A DNA stretch of 63,864 nucleotides. It comes from Eubacteriales bacterium. GTDB lineage: Bacteria > Bacillota > Clostridia > Oscillospirales > CAG-272. Location: NCBI GenBank assembly GCA_045604985.1, contig JAZUPD010000017.1, positions 1 to 63,864 on the forward strand, read 5' to 3'. The position numbers and the translations under genes are program-made. Shown here one piece after another: positions 1 through 7,443 of the stretch (the stretch's first letter is position 1; every line of letters begins with the position of its first letter). The notes below the pieces were generated by a model that saw only the letters and a list, made by a program, of their open reading frames with translations, was not told the origin of the DNA and searched no databases.

Positions 1-1777
1 TATCCTTGTTTTGCGATGTGCTTATGATAACTTCATCGGTTCGATTGGTCTGATTCTGAAGCCACAATTCATTAATTTGATTTACTTCTGCATATGGAAT
101 AAAATCTCCAAATGGCGGATCGGTAAAAACAAAATCTATGCTGCCATTGTAATCCAACATTCTTGTGCTTGAAGAATTGTTTACTACAACTTTTCCAGAA
201 CATTTTTTCAACAACGCATATGCCTCTATGAACGGCTTGGCTTTTCGTTTCAACCCAAGTAATATATTCTTCTCAACCGGCAATTTGCTTATATACAATA
301 CACCGCTTTGAGCACTTGTTAATACAAAATCCTTGCTGTTTTTCTTAGCGACAACTCTAGTCATAAGGGTACAATGAGCAGAGTTATAACTTAAAAGCAA
401 GAGCTTAAGGGCGTTGGCTATTTTTGTAGGATATTCTTCTGCAAGTTTCCAAAGACTCAATATTACACCATAATTCCTTGTTGTATAGAATTGGTGAAGG
501 TATTCTATTCCAAAATGATATCCTGCACGATGAAGTTCTCCCCAAACAATCTTTTTAGCTTCAGATTCAATATCAATAGATTCCTCTATCTTTTTGAATT
601 GAAGTCTATCATCCTCGTTGGCACAGCGATCCCAATTTTTGCTGTTTGTTGTTCCATATATCCAAGCAGGGAGTCTTTTTTTGCGTTGAGAATGTTTCTT
701 GGTCACACGATCAAAATAAGTTTCAGTAACGAACGGCATATCCGACACCGTATGCTTAACTCCACAATGTGGGCAGCATATGCTATCTTTGAATTCAACA
801 GGATTTTTAGTTGTTCCATATTGGAAATATGAGACCTCGCCCTGGCATGAAGGACATTTTAATATCTCAGTCCAAATTATATATCGAATATATCCCATCT
901 TTCCTTCGGGATCACGAACGGAATAATAGTTTCCGACAATTTCTTCTGCTTTGGTAACAAAAGAGTTTACTGCAGATTCATACTCTTTAGCAGTAAGACC
1001 ATTTAACAAGGTATGCGTGGCAAAGGATGCATAGGTTCCAATCTCATATAAGACAGCATTCCTTTTTCCCCATTTAGGATTTGCTTTCAATTGCTTTGCA
1101 ATTTCTTTCATCTCTTCTGTAGGGTGCTCACACAACAAAGCGGCAATTCCTGTACTTCCGCTTCCCGAAAATGCATCTAGCACAGTATCTCCGGGGTTAG
1201 TTGCACATGCTATATACACAGCAATTGCTTCAGGTGATATTCTTGTGGGATAAGGGAAAGTGTTATTAAACACACCAGAGCGCGAAGAGGGCAAAGGAAT
1301 GGAGAAAAGCTCTTCCAAAGACTTGGTATCCGCATTTGTTTGAATAGTTCTGCTATCAACCTTTTTTTCTTCATACGATTCTTTTAATCTATCAATCGCC
1401 ATTTCGGGACTCATAGTGTGGTACATCAGATAGACCACTTTCATCGTCTTGGCGGGGGCTTGTTTGTAGATTTCTCGGCTACTCTCGCCGGTGTAGAAGT
1501 TCCAATAACGGTAAATGTAGCCCGCCCAATAAAGTGTTTCTTTATCGTATACCTCACCATCTTTTGTGAGTTGATCTGCAAGCTCATCTTCCATACGGGA
1601 AAGGATATACGCCTTGCCTGCCCACTGCACATGATGGAACTCTTTATCCATATCTGCCGATACCTGCGAGGTCATGAACGCCTTTATAAAGGCTTCGCTA
1701 CTATATCCGTGTTCTGCCGCAAGTTCAAACAGTTGACCTTGTGTATCGCACAATGTAATTTGTAGTGATTTACACAT
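1..1777 (-). CDS. DNA amino-methyltransferase (N6-adenine/N4-cytosine type) with a DUF3791-like N-terminal domain. The start is present and the C-terminus runs off the window
   Basis: Absent from the ORF track because it is open at the window edge. My translation from the ATG at 1777 begins MCKSLQITLCDTQGQLFELAAEHGYSSEAF and continues to ...YWAGYIYRYW...YLMYHTMSPEMAIDRL (DUF3791-like). AdoMet motif I VLDAFSGSGSTG lies at about 1148-1183. A Cys4 ribbon CPSC...CPHC lies at about 770-860. Catalytic motif IV FTDPPFG lies at about 110-125. The ATG sits 1 nt after the upstream stop codon. Confidence 0.8.
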   Translation of the reverse strand, partial: MCKSLQITLCDTQGQLFELAAEHGYSSEAFIKAFMTSQVSADMDKEFHHVQWAGKAYILSRMEDELADQLTKDGEVYDKETLYWAGYIYRYWNFYTGESSREIYKQAPAKTMKVVYLMYHTMSPEMAIDRLKESYEEKKVDSRTIQTNADTKSLEELFSIPLPSSRSGVFNNTFPYPTRISPEAIAVYIACATNPGDTVLDAFSGSGSTGIAALLCEHPTEEMKEIAKQLKANPKWGKRNAVLYEIGTYASFATHTLLNGLTAKEYESAVNSFVTKAEEIVGNYYSVRDPEGKMGYIRYIIWTEILKCPSCQGEVSYFQYGTTKNPVEFKDSICCPHCGVKHTVSDMPFVTETYFDRVTKKHSQRKKRLPAWIYGTTNSKNWDRCANEDDRLQFKKIEESIDIESEAKKIVWGELHRAGYHFGIEYLHQFYTTRNYGVILSLWKLAEEYPTKIANALKLLLLSYNSAHCTLMTRVVAKKNSKDFVLTSAQSGVLYISKLPVEKNILLGLKRKAKPFIEAYALLKKCSGKVVVNNSSSTRMLDYNGSIDFVFTDPPFGDFIPYAEVNQINELWLQNQTNRTDEVIISTSQNKD

Positions 1778-1778
1778 A

Positions 1779-2624
1779 TCATTCACCCTTCAATATTTCG
1801 TCGAAGAATCTGCCTTCGCGACGGTATTTAACCTCGATTTCCTCTGCCAGCGCAATTCCTTCTTTTCTTCTTTCTGCACTCATGTCCTTGAGCAACGAAA
1901 GCTCCAACTGGGAGAGAGGTTCTTCCTTCAGAATTTTAATCTGCCTACACGCCTTTTCACTGATTGCAACGTATTGCTTGCCAAGGTCAAGGGCGGAGAG
2001 GCAGTTGATAAGAGCTACATCGGTAAGAGTTCTGTTAAAGAAACGAGAAAGCTCGGTATACATACGGTCGTTGGCAATGTAGCCGATGATCACATCGTAG
2101 CCGTCAGCCATATGTGCGTACTTCTCGTAGATAGGAGTACCCTTAGCACTTTCCATTTCCTTGCGATAGTAGGCAATAAGCATAGCCCAATCCATGCCGA
2201 TTTCAACGGTCAATACCTTCAGCCCTGTCATATCAAGCTCAACCGTATAGAACTTAGGTTTGTCCTCGTTGCAAACAAGAGTTAACGGTTGAAGCGTATT
2301 TGTTCCCATGTAGAAGCCGCTACCGAAGTCACACTCGTCACGGCTGATAGGTGCAATATCTCCAACGATACCTTTCTTCGATCCGTGATATAGTACGAGC
2401 TTATTATCAGTATCTCCGTATGCTTTTGTGTCTATAATGAGCTGTGCAACATCAATGGCATGCTCTCTACAAAAGTTGTATAATTGTGTCTGCGCCATGC
2501 GGTTTGGCAAAGTTTTACCATTCTCCCAACGGTTGATAGAAAGCGGCGTCGTGCCAAGTGTCGACGCAAATTGTTCTTGATTCATATTGGCTGCAAAGCG
2601 GATAGCTTTAATCAAATCTTTCAT
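1779..2624 (-). CDS. XRE-family HTH domain fused to a DUF3990 domain protein
   Basis: ORF 1779..2651, start refined to MKDLIK (ATG 2624) behind the RBS AGGTGG. The N-terminus NQEQFASTLGTTPLSINRWENGKTLP is a classic XRE HTH. The C-terminus has the DUF3990 hallmarks LYHGS, DFGSGFY and YDVIIGYIANDRM. Confidence 0.8.
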   Translation of the reverse strand: MKDLIKAIRFAANMNQEQFASTLGTTPLSINRWENGKTLPNRMAQTQLYNFCREHAIDVAQLIIDTKAYGDTDNKLVLYHGSKKGIVGDIAPISRDECDFGSGFYMGTNTLQPLTLVCNEDKPKFYTVELDMTGLKVLTVEIGMDWAMLIAYYRKEMESAKGTPIYEKYAHMADGYDVIIGYIANDRMYTELSRFFNRTLTDVALINCLSALDLGKQYVAISEKACRQIKILKEEPLSQLELSLLKDMSAERRKEGIALAEEIEVKYRREGRFFDEILKGE

Positions 2625-2940
2625 GATATACCACCTATCATTTGTAATCACTTATTATTATATACTATGATAGGCGGTTTGTCAAGAGGTGTTGCCGGAT
2701 TTTACGACTCTTCGGCTAATTTTAGGAATTGCCATAAATCTGCCGAAGTTTTTCTCTCGTCAAAAAAGGTGGCAATAGCGTTGGTGTATGTCTGCGACCG
2801 ATATTAATGTCGGTCGCAAAATGTGCCTCGACCGAAAATATGCATAATTTAAGATTTCGAGCATCCAAAATATGCATGGTGGCGAGACGCCGTAATCTTT
2901 GTCTTCTGCGATATAATTTTTGTGTGGCGATGGCGGTAAT

Positions 2941-2972
2941 AATGTCGGAAAGAATGTCGGGGTATTTGTCGG
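2941..2972. repeat. Three tandem 8-mers (AATGTCGG, AATGTCGG, TTTGTCGG) at 12-bp spacing, with a fourth AATGTCGG at 2806-2813 inside the palindrome 2793-2818
   Basis: Read directly from the sequence. The repeats lie in 0.5 kb of non-coding DNA upstream of the HTH-DUF3990 gene. Nearby are AAAATATGCAT x2 (about 2835 and 2868) and AATCGTGA x2 (about 3012 and 3034). Confidence 0.6.
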
Positions 2973-3104
2973 TGCAGCACGTATTTTCATTTTAGTCAAG
3001 TACGATTTGGTAAATCGTGATTAGGTATTTTTGAATCGTGAGTCCGTGGCTCGCTCGTCCTTAATCTTTGATTACAGCGTATCACTTTTTGATCCGTGAA
3101 GGAC

Positions 3105-3133
3105 TTGAATATTTCTCTGTTTTATGCTATAAT
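3105..3133 (+). promoter_or_regulatory. Sigma-A type promoter (TTGAAT-17-TATAAT) pointing toward the tRNA fragment
   Basis: TTGAAT at 3105-3110, a 17-nt spacer, and TATAAT at 3128-3133 preceded by TGC. Confidence 0.5.
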
Positions 3134-3270
3134 GGCAATAGCAAAAAATCCACCTCGGGCTGGAGCTTGCGGCTCGTGCGAGGTGGGGCGAGTGATATGC
3201 AATTTAAGGTCTGACCACAATCTTGACCATTTACAGGTCTGGACTACGTGGAATTTATGGACTTTGCGGC

Positions 3271-3314
3271 ACGAAAAAGCACGGGTTTCGGACGAAAAAG
3301 CACGAAAAAGCACG
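3271..3314 (+). repeat. Three direct copies of ACGAAAAAGCACG (3271-3283, 3292-3304, 3302-3314)
   Basis: Seen directly, immediately upstream of the tRNA-Pro half. They may be recombinase arm-type sites. Confidence 0.55.
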
Positions 3315-3340
3315 CAAAATGAGGCAAAAAACCGATGCTT

Positions 3341-3390
3341 TTGCGTTTGGGACGTCGATGCCGCAGGTTCGAATCCTGTCACTCCGACCA
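3341..3390 (+). other. tRNA-Pro(UGG) 3' half remnant (anticodon loop, T-arm, acceptor 3' strand, ACCA). Not a complete tRNA and a probable att core
   Basis: The segment reads TTTGGGA (anticodon-loop-like, anticodon TGG) ... GCAGG TTCGAAT CCTGT CACTCCG ACCA. C1:G72 with discriminator A is typical of bacterial tRNA-Pro. No D-arm and no matching 5' acceptor strand (CGGAGTG) lie upstream. Confidence 0.6.
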
Positions 3391-3410
3391 AAATTTGTGT
3401 TTTTCGCACT

Positions 3411-3450
3411 AAAAAATCAGTCCTAATCGCAAGCTTAGGACTGATTTTTT
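3411..3450. terminator. Bidirectional intrinsic terminator
   Basis: A perfect 16-bp stem, AAAAAATCAGTCCTAA / TTAGGACTGATTTTTT, around an 8-nt loop, with A/T runs on both sides. It lies between the tRNA fragment (+) and the end of the redox operon (-). Confidence 0.8.
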
Positions 3451-3624
3451 GTTTATTTTGCTTGTTTTCGCATTTCGCAAAAGACCACAGTTTTTTATCA
3501 AAACGCTTTATTTCGGCACAAGACACCGATTTTGAGCATTTTTGCAGTCGTTTTTGGAGAGTTATTTCATAATCCCTTTTCTTTGCTTACTGTGACTCAA
3601 ATTTTAAACAATGATTGCTGTGTT

Positions 3625-3993
3625 TTATTTCAGCTCCACCGTTTCAACCTTCACCTTGAACATAAGAAAATGCTCTATACCCGTATGATCAAATATCTGC
3701 TTTACTACGGGACATTCGTCAAGCATTCTCTGTTTCAAGCCTGCGTCTCCGCATTCCTCTGAAACGCCCGTGATCCTGATCCATTCCATCGAGCCTGACT
3801 TCTGTGCGACGATCTGGATCTTTTCGTTTGCTCTCATCTGCTTGTGGACTTGATTCATGTCATTGGTGGAAAGATAAAGATCTTCGCCCACCTCCATTAC
3901 TGCTCCAAAAGGTCTGCCCGCAGGAGAATCACCATTCATTGTGATAACGATAAACGATCCGCACTCTTTCAAAAATTCGTATGCCTTACTCAT
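3625..3993 (-). CDS. Pyridoxamine 5'-phosphate oxidase family protein
   Basis: ORF 3625..4092, start refined to MSKAYEFLKE (ATG 3993) behind the RBS GGAGG. The longer ORF would overlap the upstream gene. The sequence shows a PNPOx-like split-barrel pattern. Confidence 0.7.
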   Translation of the reverse strand: MSKAYEFLKECGSFIVITMNGDSPAGRPFGAVMEVGEDLYLSTNDMNQVHKQMRANEKIQIVAQKSGSMEWIRITGVSEECGDAGLKQRMLDECPVVKQIFDHTGIEHFLMFKVKVETVELK

Positions 3994-4021
3994 CGTTATT
4001 TCCTCCGTGTTGTTTTTGATG

Positions 4022-4837
4022 TCAATCAATTCGGTAAGATGCGATATATACAGTACCGTCATCGTGGGGAAGCCCCGGGTTCTCCTGTGCAAAGCTCAGC
4101 TTCATACCAAGCTCCCGTGCGGCAAGTTCGAAATGGCACAGTGCGATCCCCATATCTATCCTTTGCATATCCAGTGCCTCATGATTACCAAAGCCTCTAC
4201 TGCGTTTCAGATAAAAGTGAACGGCGTTGCTCTCCACAACGATGCGCCACGGTTGCTTGTTGACCGCAGACGGAGCCCACCTCACCATTTCCAGTGGATA
4301 GGCAAGCTCACCCGCCTTTTCCTCTGTCAGAGGAGTATCAAACGTGCTGTCAAAGAACAGTTTCTCAAAGGGCAGTCTCTCGTCGGCCTTGATCGCTTTG
4401 CGCATCATGCTCTCGCACAAAGACGTCTTGTTTGCCGGATAGCCCAGAGGACTTGCGCAAGGCATCATTTCGTCCTCTGCAAGCTCCATTGCGGCTTCAT
4501 AAGCAGGGCGATTCATCGTGCCGCCGAGCCACACTGTGCCGATGCCAAGCGACTGCGCATACAGCACCAGCATTTCAAATGAATATCCGAATGCCTCGAA
4601 TGCCGCCGATGTGCGCTTTATCTTACCGCCTACATACAGATCCGTACCGACCACAACCGGACATTTAAGTCCGTACTCGCCTGCATCCATAAGCTTAAAC
4701 CCGACGTTTATACCATACGGATTTGGGGTGTTCTCCATAAATTCGCACAACTTTGCCTTATCATCTGCGGTAATCTCCCTGCCGTCATAAGCTCTCACAC
4801 TGCGCCTGTTTTTTACAAGGTCTTTGATATTTTTCAT
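4022..4837 (-). CDS. Nitroreductase family protein
   Basis: The translation contains VKNRRSVRAY...VNKQPWR. The start is at MKNIKD (ATG 4837). An alternative ATG at 4852 overlaps the ohrR stop. Confidence 0.8.
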   Translation of the reverse strand: MKNIKDLVKNRRSVRAYDGREITADDKAKLCEFMENTPNPYGINVGFKLMDAGEYGLKCPVVVGTDLYVGGKIKRTSAAFEAFGYSFEMLVLYAQSLGIGTVWLGGTMNRPAYEAAMELAEDEMMPCASPLGYPANKTSLCESMMRKAIKADERLPFEKLFFDSTFDTPLTEEKAGELAYPLEMVRWAPSAVNKQPWRIVVESNAVHFYLKRSRGFGNHEALDMQRIDMGIALCHFELAARELGMKLSFAQENPGLPHDDGTVYIASYRID

Positions 4838-4851
4838 AATAATCTCCCTCA

Positions 4852-5289
4852 TTACTCCCCCGCACCCAGTACCTTATACAGCAATCCGTAAAGCTGAAGC
4901 ATTTCTTCTCTGTTAAGTCCCCCGCATCCGGCAACCTTAGCAGGAATCTCTACTGCTCTTTCTTTCAATTTTTCGCCACTATCTGTCAGAAATACGCTGA
5001 CCGAGCGTTCATCCGTTGTGCTTCTTTTGCGTGAGACGTATCCCTTGGATTCAAGACTCTTTAAGACGGGTGTCATCGTTCCCGAATCGAGAAACAGTGC
5101 CTCACCCAGAGCCTTTACGGTGATCTCCTTCTGCTCCCACATAACCATCATCGTGATGTACTGCGTATAGGTCAGGTCAAGCTCGTCAAGGTGCGGACGG
5201 TAGCTTTTGACCACCTTTCGCGCGGCGGCATAAAGAGGAAAGCATAGTTGATTTTCAAGCTTTAGTACGTCGTATTTCGAATTACTCAT
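4852..5289 (-). CDS. ohrR: MarR-family organic hydroperoxide resistance regulator OhrR
   Basis: The region LKLENQLCFPLY...LTYTQY...LDSGTMTPVLKSLESKGYVSRKRSTTDERSV closely parallels B. subtilis OhrR, including the sensing Cys. An ATGA overlap links it to the flavodoxin gene. Confidence 0.8.
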   Translation of the reverse strand: MSNSKYDVLKLENQLCFPLYAAARKVVKSYRPHLDELDLTYTQYITMMVMWEQKEITVKALGEALFLDSGTMTPVLKSLESKGYVSRKRSTTDERSVSVFLTDSGEKLKERAVEIPAKVAGCGGLNREEMLQLYGLLYKVLGAGE

Positions 5290-5690
5290 AGATACCTCTT
5301 TGCAAATTCTGCGGCATTCGCCAGATCCGCTTCATTCGGTCTGCCATTGTGAATTTTTCCGAACTGTCCTCGGCAGTGGAATTCTTCGTCCGCTACGGCA
5401 ACGCCAACTGCCTTTGCCACCTTTGATACAGGCTTCTTCATCGACTTCATCATAGCCGACGTGCCGAAGCAAACGATCTTGCCGATATTGTCTTTGTTAT
5501 TGACGATAAAATCCTTCACCGCCTGATCCACATCAAATGCGTAGTAGGAGCAACCGAGGAACAGAATATCCGCATTTTCTTCAAGCGCAACCGAAACGTC
5601 CCTTGCATCTACGGAGACCGCCTCCGCAATGGCTTCCGCAAGCTTTTTGATGTTACCCGAACGGGTGTAGTATCTAACTGCTATCTTCAT
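5286..5690 (-). CDS. Flavodoxin family protein
   Basis: The N-terminus MKIAVRYYTRSGNIKKLAEAI is flavodoxin-like. The ORF is 134 aa. Confidence 0.7.
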   Translation of the reverse strand: MKIAVRYYTRSGNIKKLAEAIAEAVSVDARDVSVALEENADILFLGCSYYAFDVDQAVKDFIVNNKDNIGKIVCFGTSAMMKSMKKPVSKVAKAVGVAVADEEFHCRGQFGKIHNGRPNEADLANAAEFAKRYL

Positions 5691-5702
5691 ATAACGCCTC
5701 CG

Positions 5703-5966
5703 TCAGTTATTGTTCTTTGTTTCTTCATATGCTGCTCTAACCGCCCTTGCCAATTGGTCGGTACAAGAGGTAGGACGTCTGCCACAGGTATTGCCAAGCA
5801 ATTTTTCTTCAATTTCTTCAACCGTAGCACCCTCAAGCAATTTTGCTATTGCCTTCAGATTTCCGTTGCATCCACCGTAAAATTCAATATTTGTAATAAT
5901 ATTTCCGTTAATATCGAAGGATATGATCTGCGAGCAGGTGTTCTCGGTTTTATATTCGTACCGCAT
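5703..5966 (-). CDS. TSCPD-domain protein (TIGR03905-like, 4-Cys)
   Basis: The translation shows CSQIISF...FYGGCNGNLKAI...CGRRPTSCTDQLA. The start was refined to MRYEYK (ATG 5966) behind the RBS AAGGAG. A TGATG overlap links it to the gpx stop. Confidence 0.7.
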   Translation of the reverse strand: MRYEYKTENTCSQIISFDINGNIITNIEFYGGCNGNLKAIAKLLEGATVEEIEEKLLGNTCGRRPTSCTDQLARAVRAAYEETKNNN

Positions 5967-6505
5967 CACAGACACTCCTTGATAGCATCCTTCAGATTTT
6001 TCATATCTGTCGGCTCAAAGCGGGCGACGATCTCGCCGTTTCTGTCAATAAGAAACTTGGTGAAATTCCATTTGATCTTGCCGTTATTCTTATAATCCTT
6101 ATCGGTCTTTTTTACAACGCCCGAAAGCATCAGCGCCATAGGCGATTTACCGAAACCGTCGAACTTAGTATTTTCGGTCAGCCATTGATAGAGAGGAATG
6201 GCATTCTCGCCGTTTACCTCAACCTTTGCAAACTGCGGAAAGGTGATGCCAAATCGACCCGTACAGAAGGTGTGGATCTCATCATCGCTTCCAGGTGCTT
6301 GCTCGCCAAACTGATTGCAGGGAAAGTCGAGGATTTCAAATCCCTGCGCTGAAAATTCCTCGTACAGATCTTGCAGTTCATCATACTGCGGAGTAAAACC
6401 ACATCCCGTTGCCGTGTTTACAACAAGTAGCACCTTGCCTTTGTATTCCTCCAGAGATACCTCGCTGCCGTCCATTTTCTTTACTTTGAAATCGTATGCG
6501 TTCAT
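5966..6505 (-). CDS. Glutathione peroxidase
   Basis: LVVNTATGCGFTPQY, FPCNQFGEQAPG and WNFTKFL are canonical Gpx motifs. Confidence 0.9.
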   Translation of the reverse strand: MNAYDFKVKKMDGSEVSLEEYKGKVLLVVNTATGCGFTPQYDELQDLYEEFSAQGFEILDFPCNQFGEQAPGSDDEIHTFCTGRFGITFPQFAKVEVNGENAIPLYQWLTENTKFDGFGKSPMALMLSGVVKKTDKDYKNNGKIKWNFTKFLIDRNGEIVARFEPTDMKNLKDAIKECL

Positions 6506-6526
6506 AGCGCACCTCCAAGAAATAAT

Positions 6527-6545
6527 AACTCAATTCAATTGAGTT
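6527..6545. promoter_or_regulatory. Palindromic operator AACTCAATT-C-AATTGAGTT, a candidate OhrR box
   Basis: A perfect 9+9 inverted repeat lies just downstream of the -10 of the gpx operon promoter. The AATT-N-AATT core resembles known OhrR operators. Confidence 0.6.
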
Positions 6546-6551
6546 CAATCT

Positions 6552-6580
6552 ATTATAGCATATTTAATTTTCATTGTCAA
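6552..6580 (-). promoter_or_regulatory. Consensus sigma-A promoter of the gpx-to-PNPOx operon
   Basis: On the minus strand: TTGACA (6580-6575), a 17-nt spacer, and TATAAT (6557-6552). Confidence 0.75.
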
Positions 6581-6660
6581 TAATATTTTACTGTATTATT
6601 GCAAGTTGATGCAAAAAATCTTTCCGAGGCTTTTCTTTGCTTACTGCGACTCAAATTTTG

Positions 6661-6689
6661 AGGGCTGACGGTTATTTTCCGTCAGCCCT
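6661..6689. terminator. Hairpin AGGGCTGACGG...CCGTCAGCCCT (REP-like terminator hairpin)
   Basis: An 11-bp stem lies downstream of the DUF5131 gene. Similar AGGGCTGAC hairpins occur at 7528-7557, 11674-11703 and 22159-22180. Confidence 0.55.
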
Positions 6690-6723
6690 TTGTGTATGTT
6701 CTCCCCGACAAATTGGAATTTGT

Positions 6724-7443
6724 TTAATAGTTTAAGTTTATATTCGCTTTACGGGCTTGCCTCATTTGTTCATTTCTGGGAATAGTATATCTTTTGCCAT
6801 CCTTTACAAAATTTGCCCCTGTTTGTTTGAAATAAAATGGAATTTGATAAATCCTACATTGTTCTCTTGTATTCAATATCCATTCGTAATTACATTCCCT
6901 TGCGTTGTTACCGGATTCTCCCCCGCAAGTCACACCTTTTACTTGATTGCTCTGTAAATATTTTTGTATGTTTATATGCTCCAGCATAGGTTCGTGTATG
7001 ATTTCTTTGTGTTTAATGGGAAGCTCCAGCAAAATAGGCAATCTTTCATCTGCGGTAGCTTGGTTTTCACAAGTGCAAATTATCGTCACGTTATCATATC
7101 CGTCGCACCAATCTTTTGGAATACAATCATGAAATCTTTCGATTCTTTTCGTAATTATGGTAAAATGTAAATCTTGTCTGATTCTTACGATTTCCCATAT
7201 TTGATTTCGCCATTGATCTGCTTCCTCAATAAAGAAATCCGACGTCATGCATATATATACATTTTTTCCCGATTCTATGAAATATCTGCCATCTCTGCGT
7301 TTTTTGATTCCTAAATCAAAATCTTTTGTTTTTTCAATTATTTCGCTGTTTTTATCGTATAGGCTGTCGCGACGAAACATATAGCAATTCAAACAACCTG
7401 CTGACTTTTTATGACATCCATGCCACGGATTCCAAACCGCCAT
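6724..7443 (-). CDS. DUF5131 (phage Gp37/Gp68) family protein
   Basis: The N-terminus MAVWNPWHGCHKKSAGCLNCYM is typical of the family. The start was refined to ATG 7443 behind the RBS AGGAG. Confidence 0.75.
   Translation of the reverse strand: MAVWNPWHGCHKKSAGCLNCYMFRRDSLYDKNSEIIEKTKDFDLGIKKRRDGRYFIESGKNVYICMTSDFFIEEADQWRNQIWEIVRIRQDLHFTIITKRIERFHDCIPKDWCDGYDNVTIICTCENQATADERLPILLELPIKHKEIIHEPMLEHINIQKYLQSNQVKGVTCGGESGNNARECNYEWILNTREQCRIYQIPFYFKQTGANFVKDGKRYTIPRNEQMRQARKANINLNY

Noticed and set aside
3271-3314. A CRISPR-like array.
   Set aside because: The repeats are only 13 nt long, overlap one another, and have no spacers or cas genes. No CRISPR array exists anywhere in the window.
3140-3390. 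A possible tmRNA (ssrA): a promoter, a transcript of about 250 nt, a tRNA-like 3' end with CCA, and a terminator.
   Set aside because: No 5' strand can pair with the 3' acceptor (CGGAGTG or a GGGG-type start is absent; the best match is 5-6 bp with mismatches). No tag-like reading frame ends in hydrophobic residues plus a stop. The length is too short. The C1:G72/A73 acceptor and TGG loop fit a tRNA-Pro half better.
3096-3572. A 158-aa plus-strand ORF and a 134-aa minus-strand ORF spanning the tRNA fragment and terminator.
   Set aside because: They run through a tRNA-like segment, direct repeats and a perfect terminator hairpin. They have no RBS, and the minus ORF contains the tell-tale translated T-arm (GFEPAAS).
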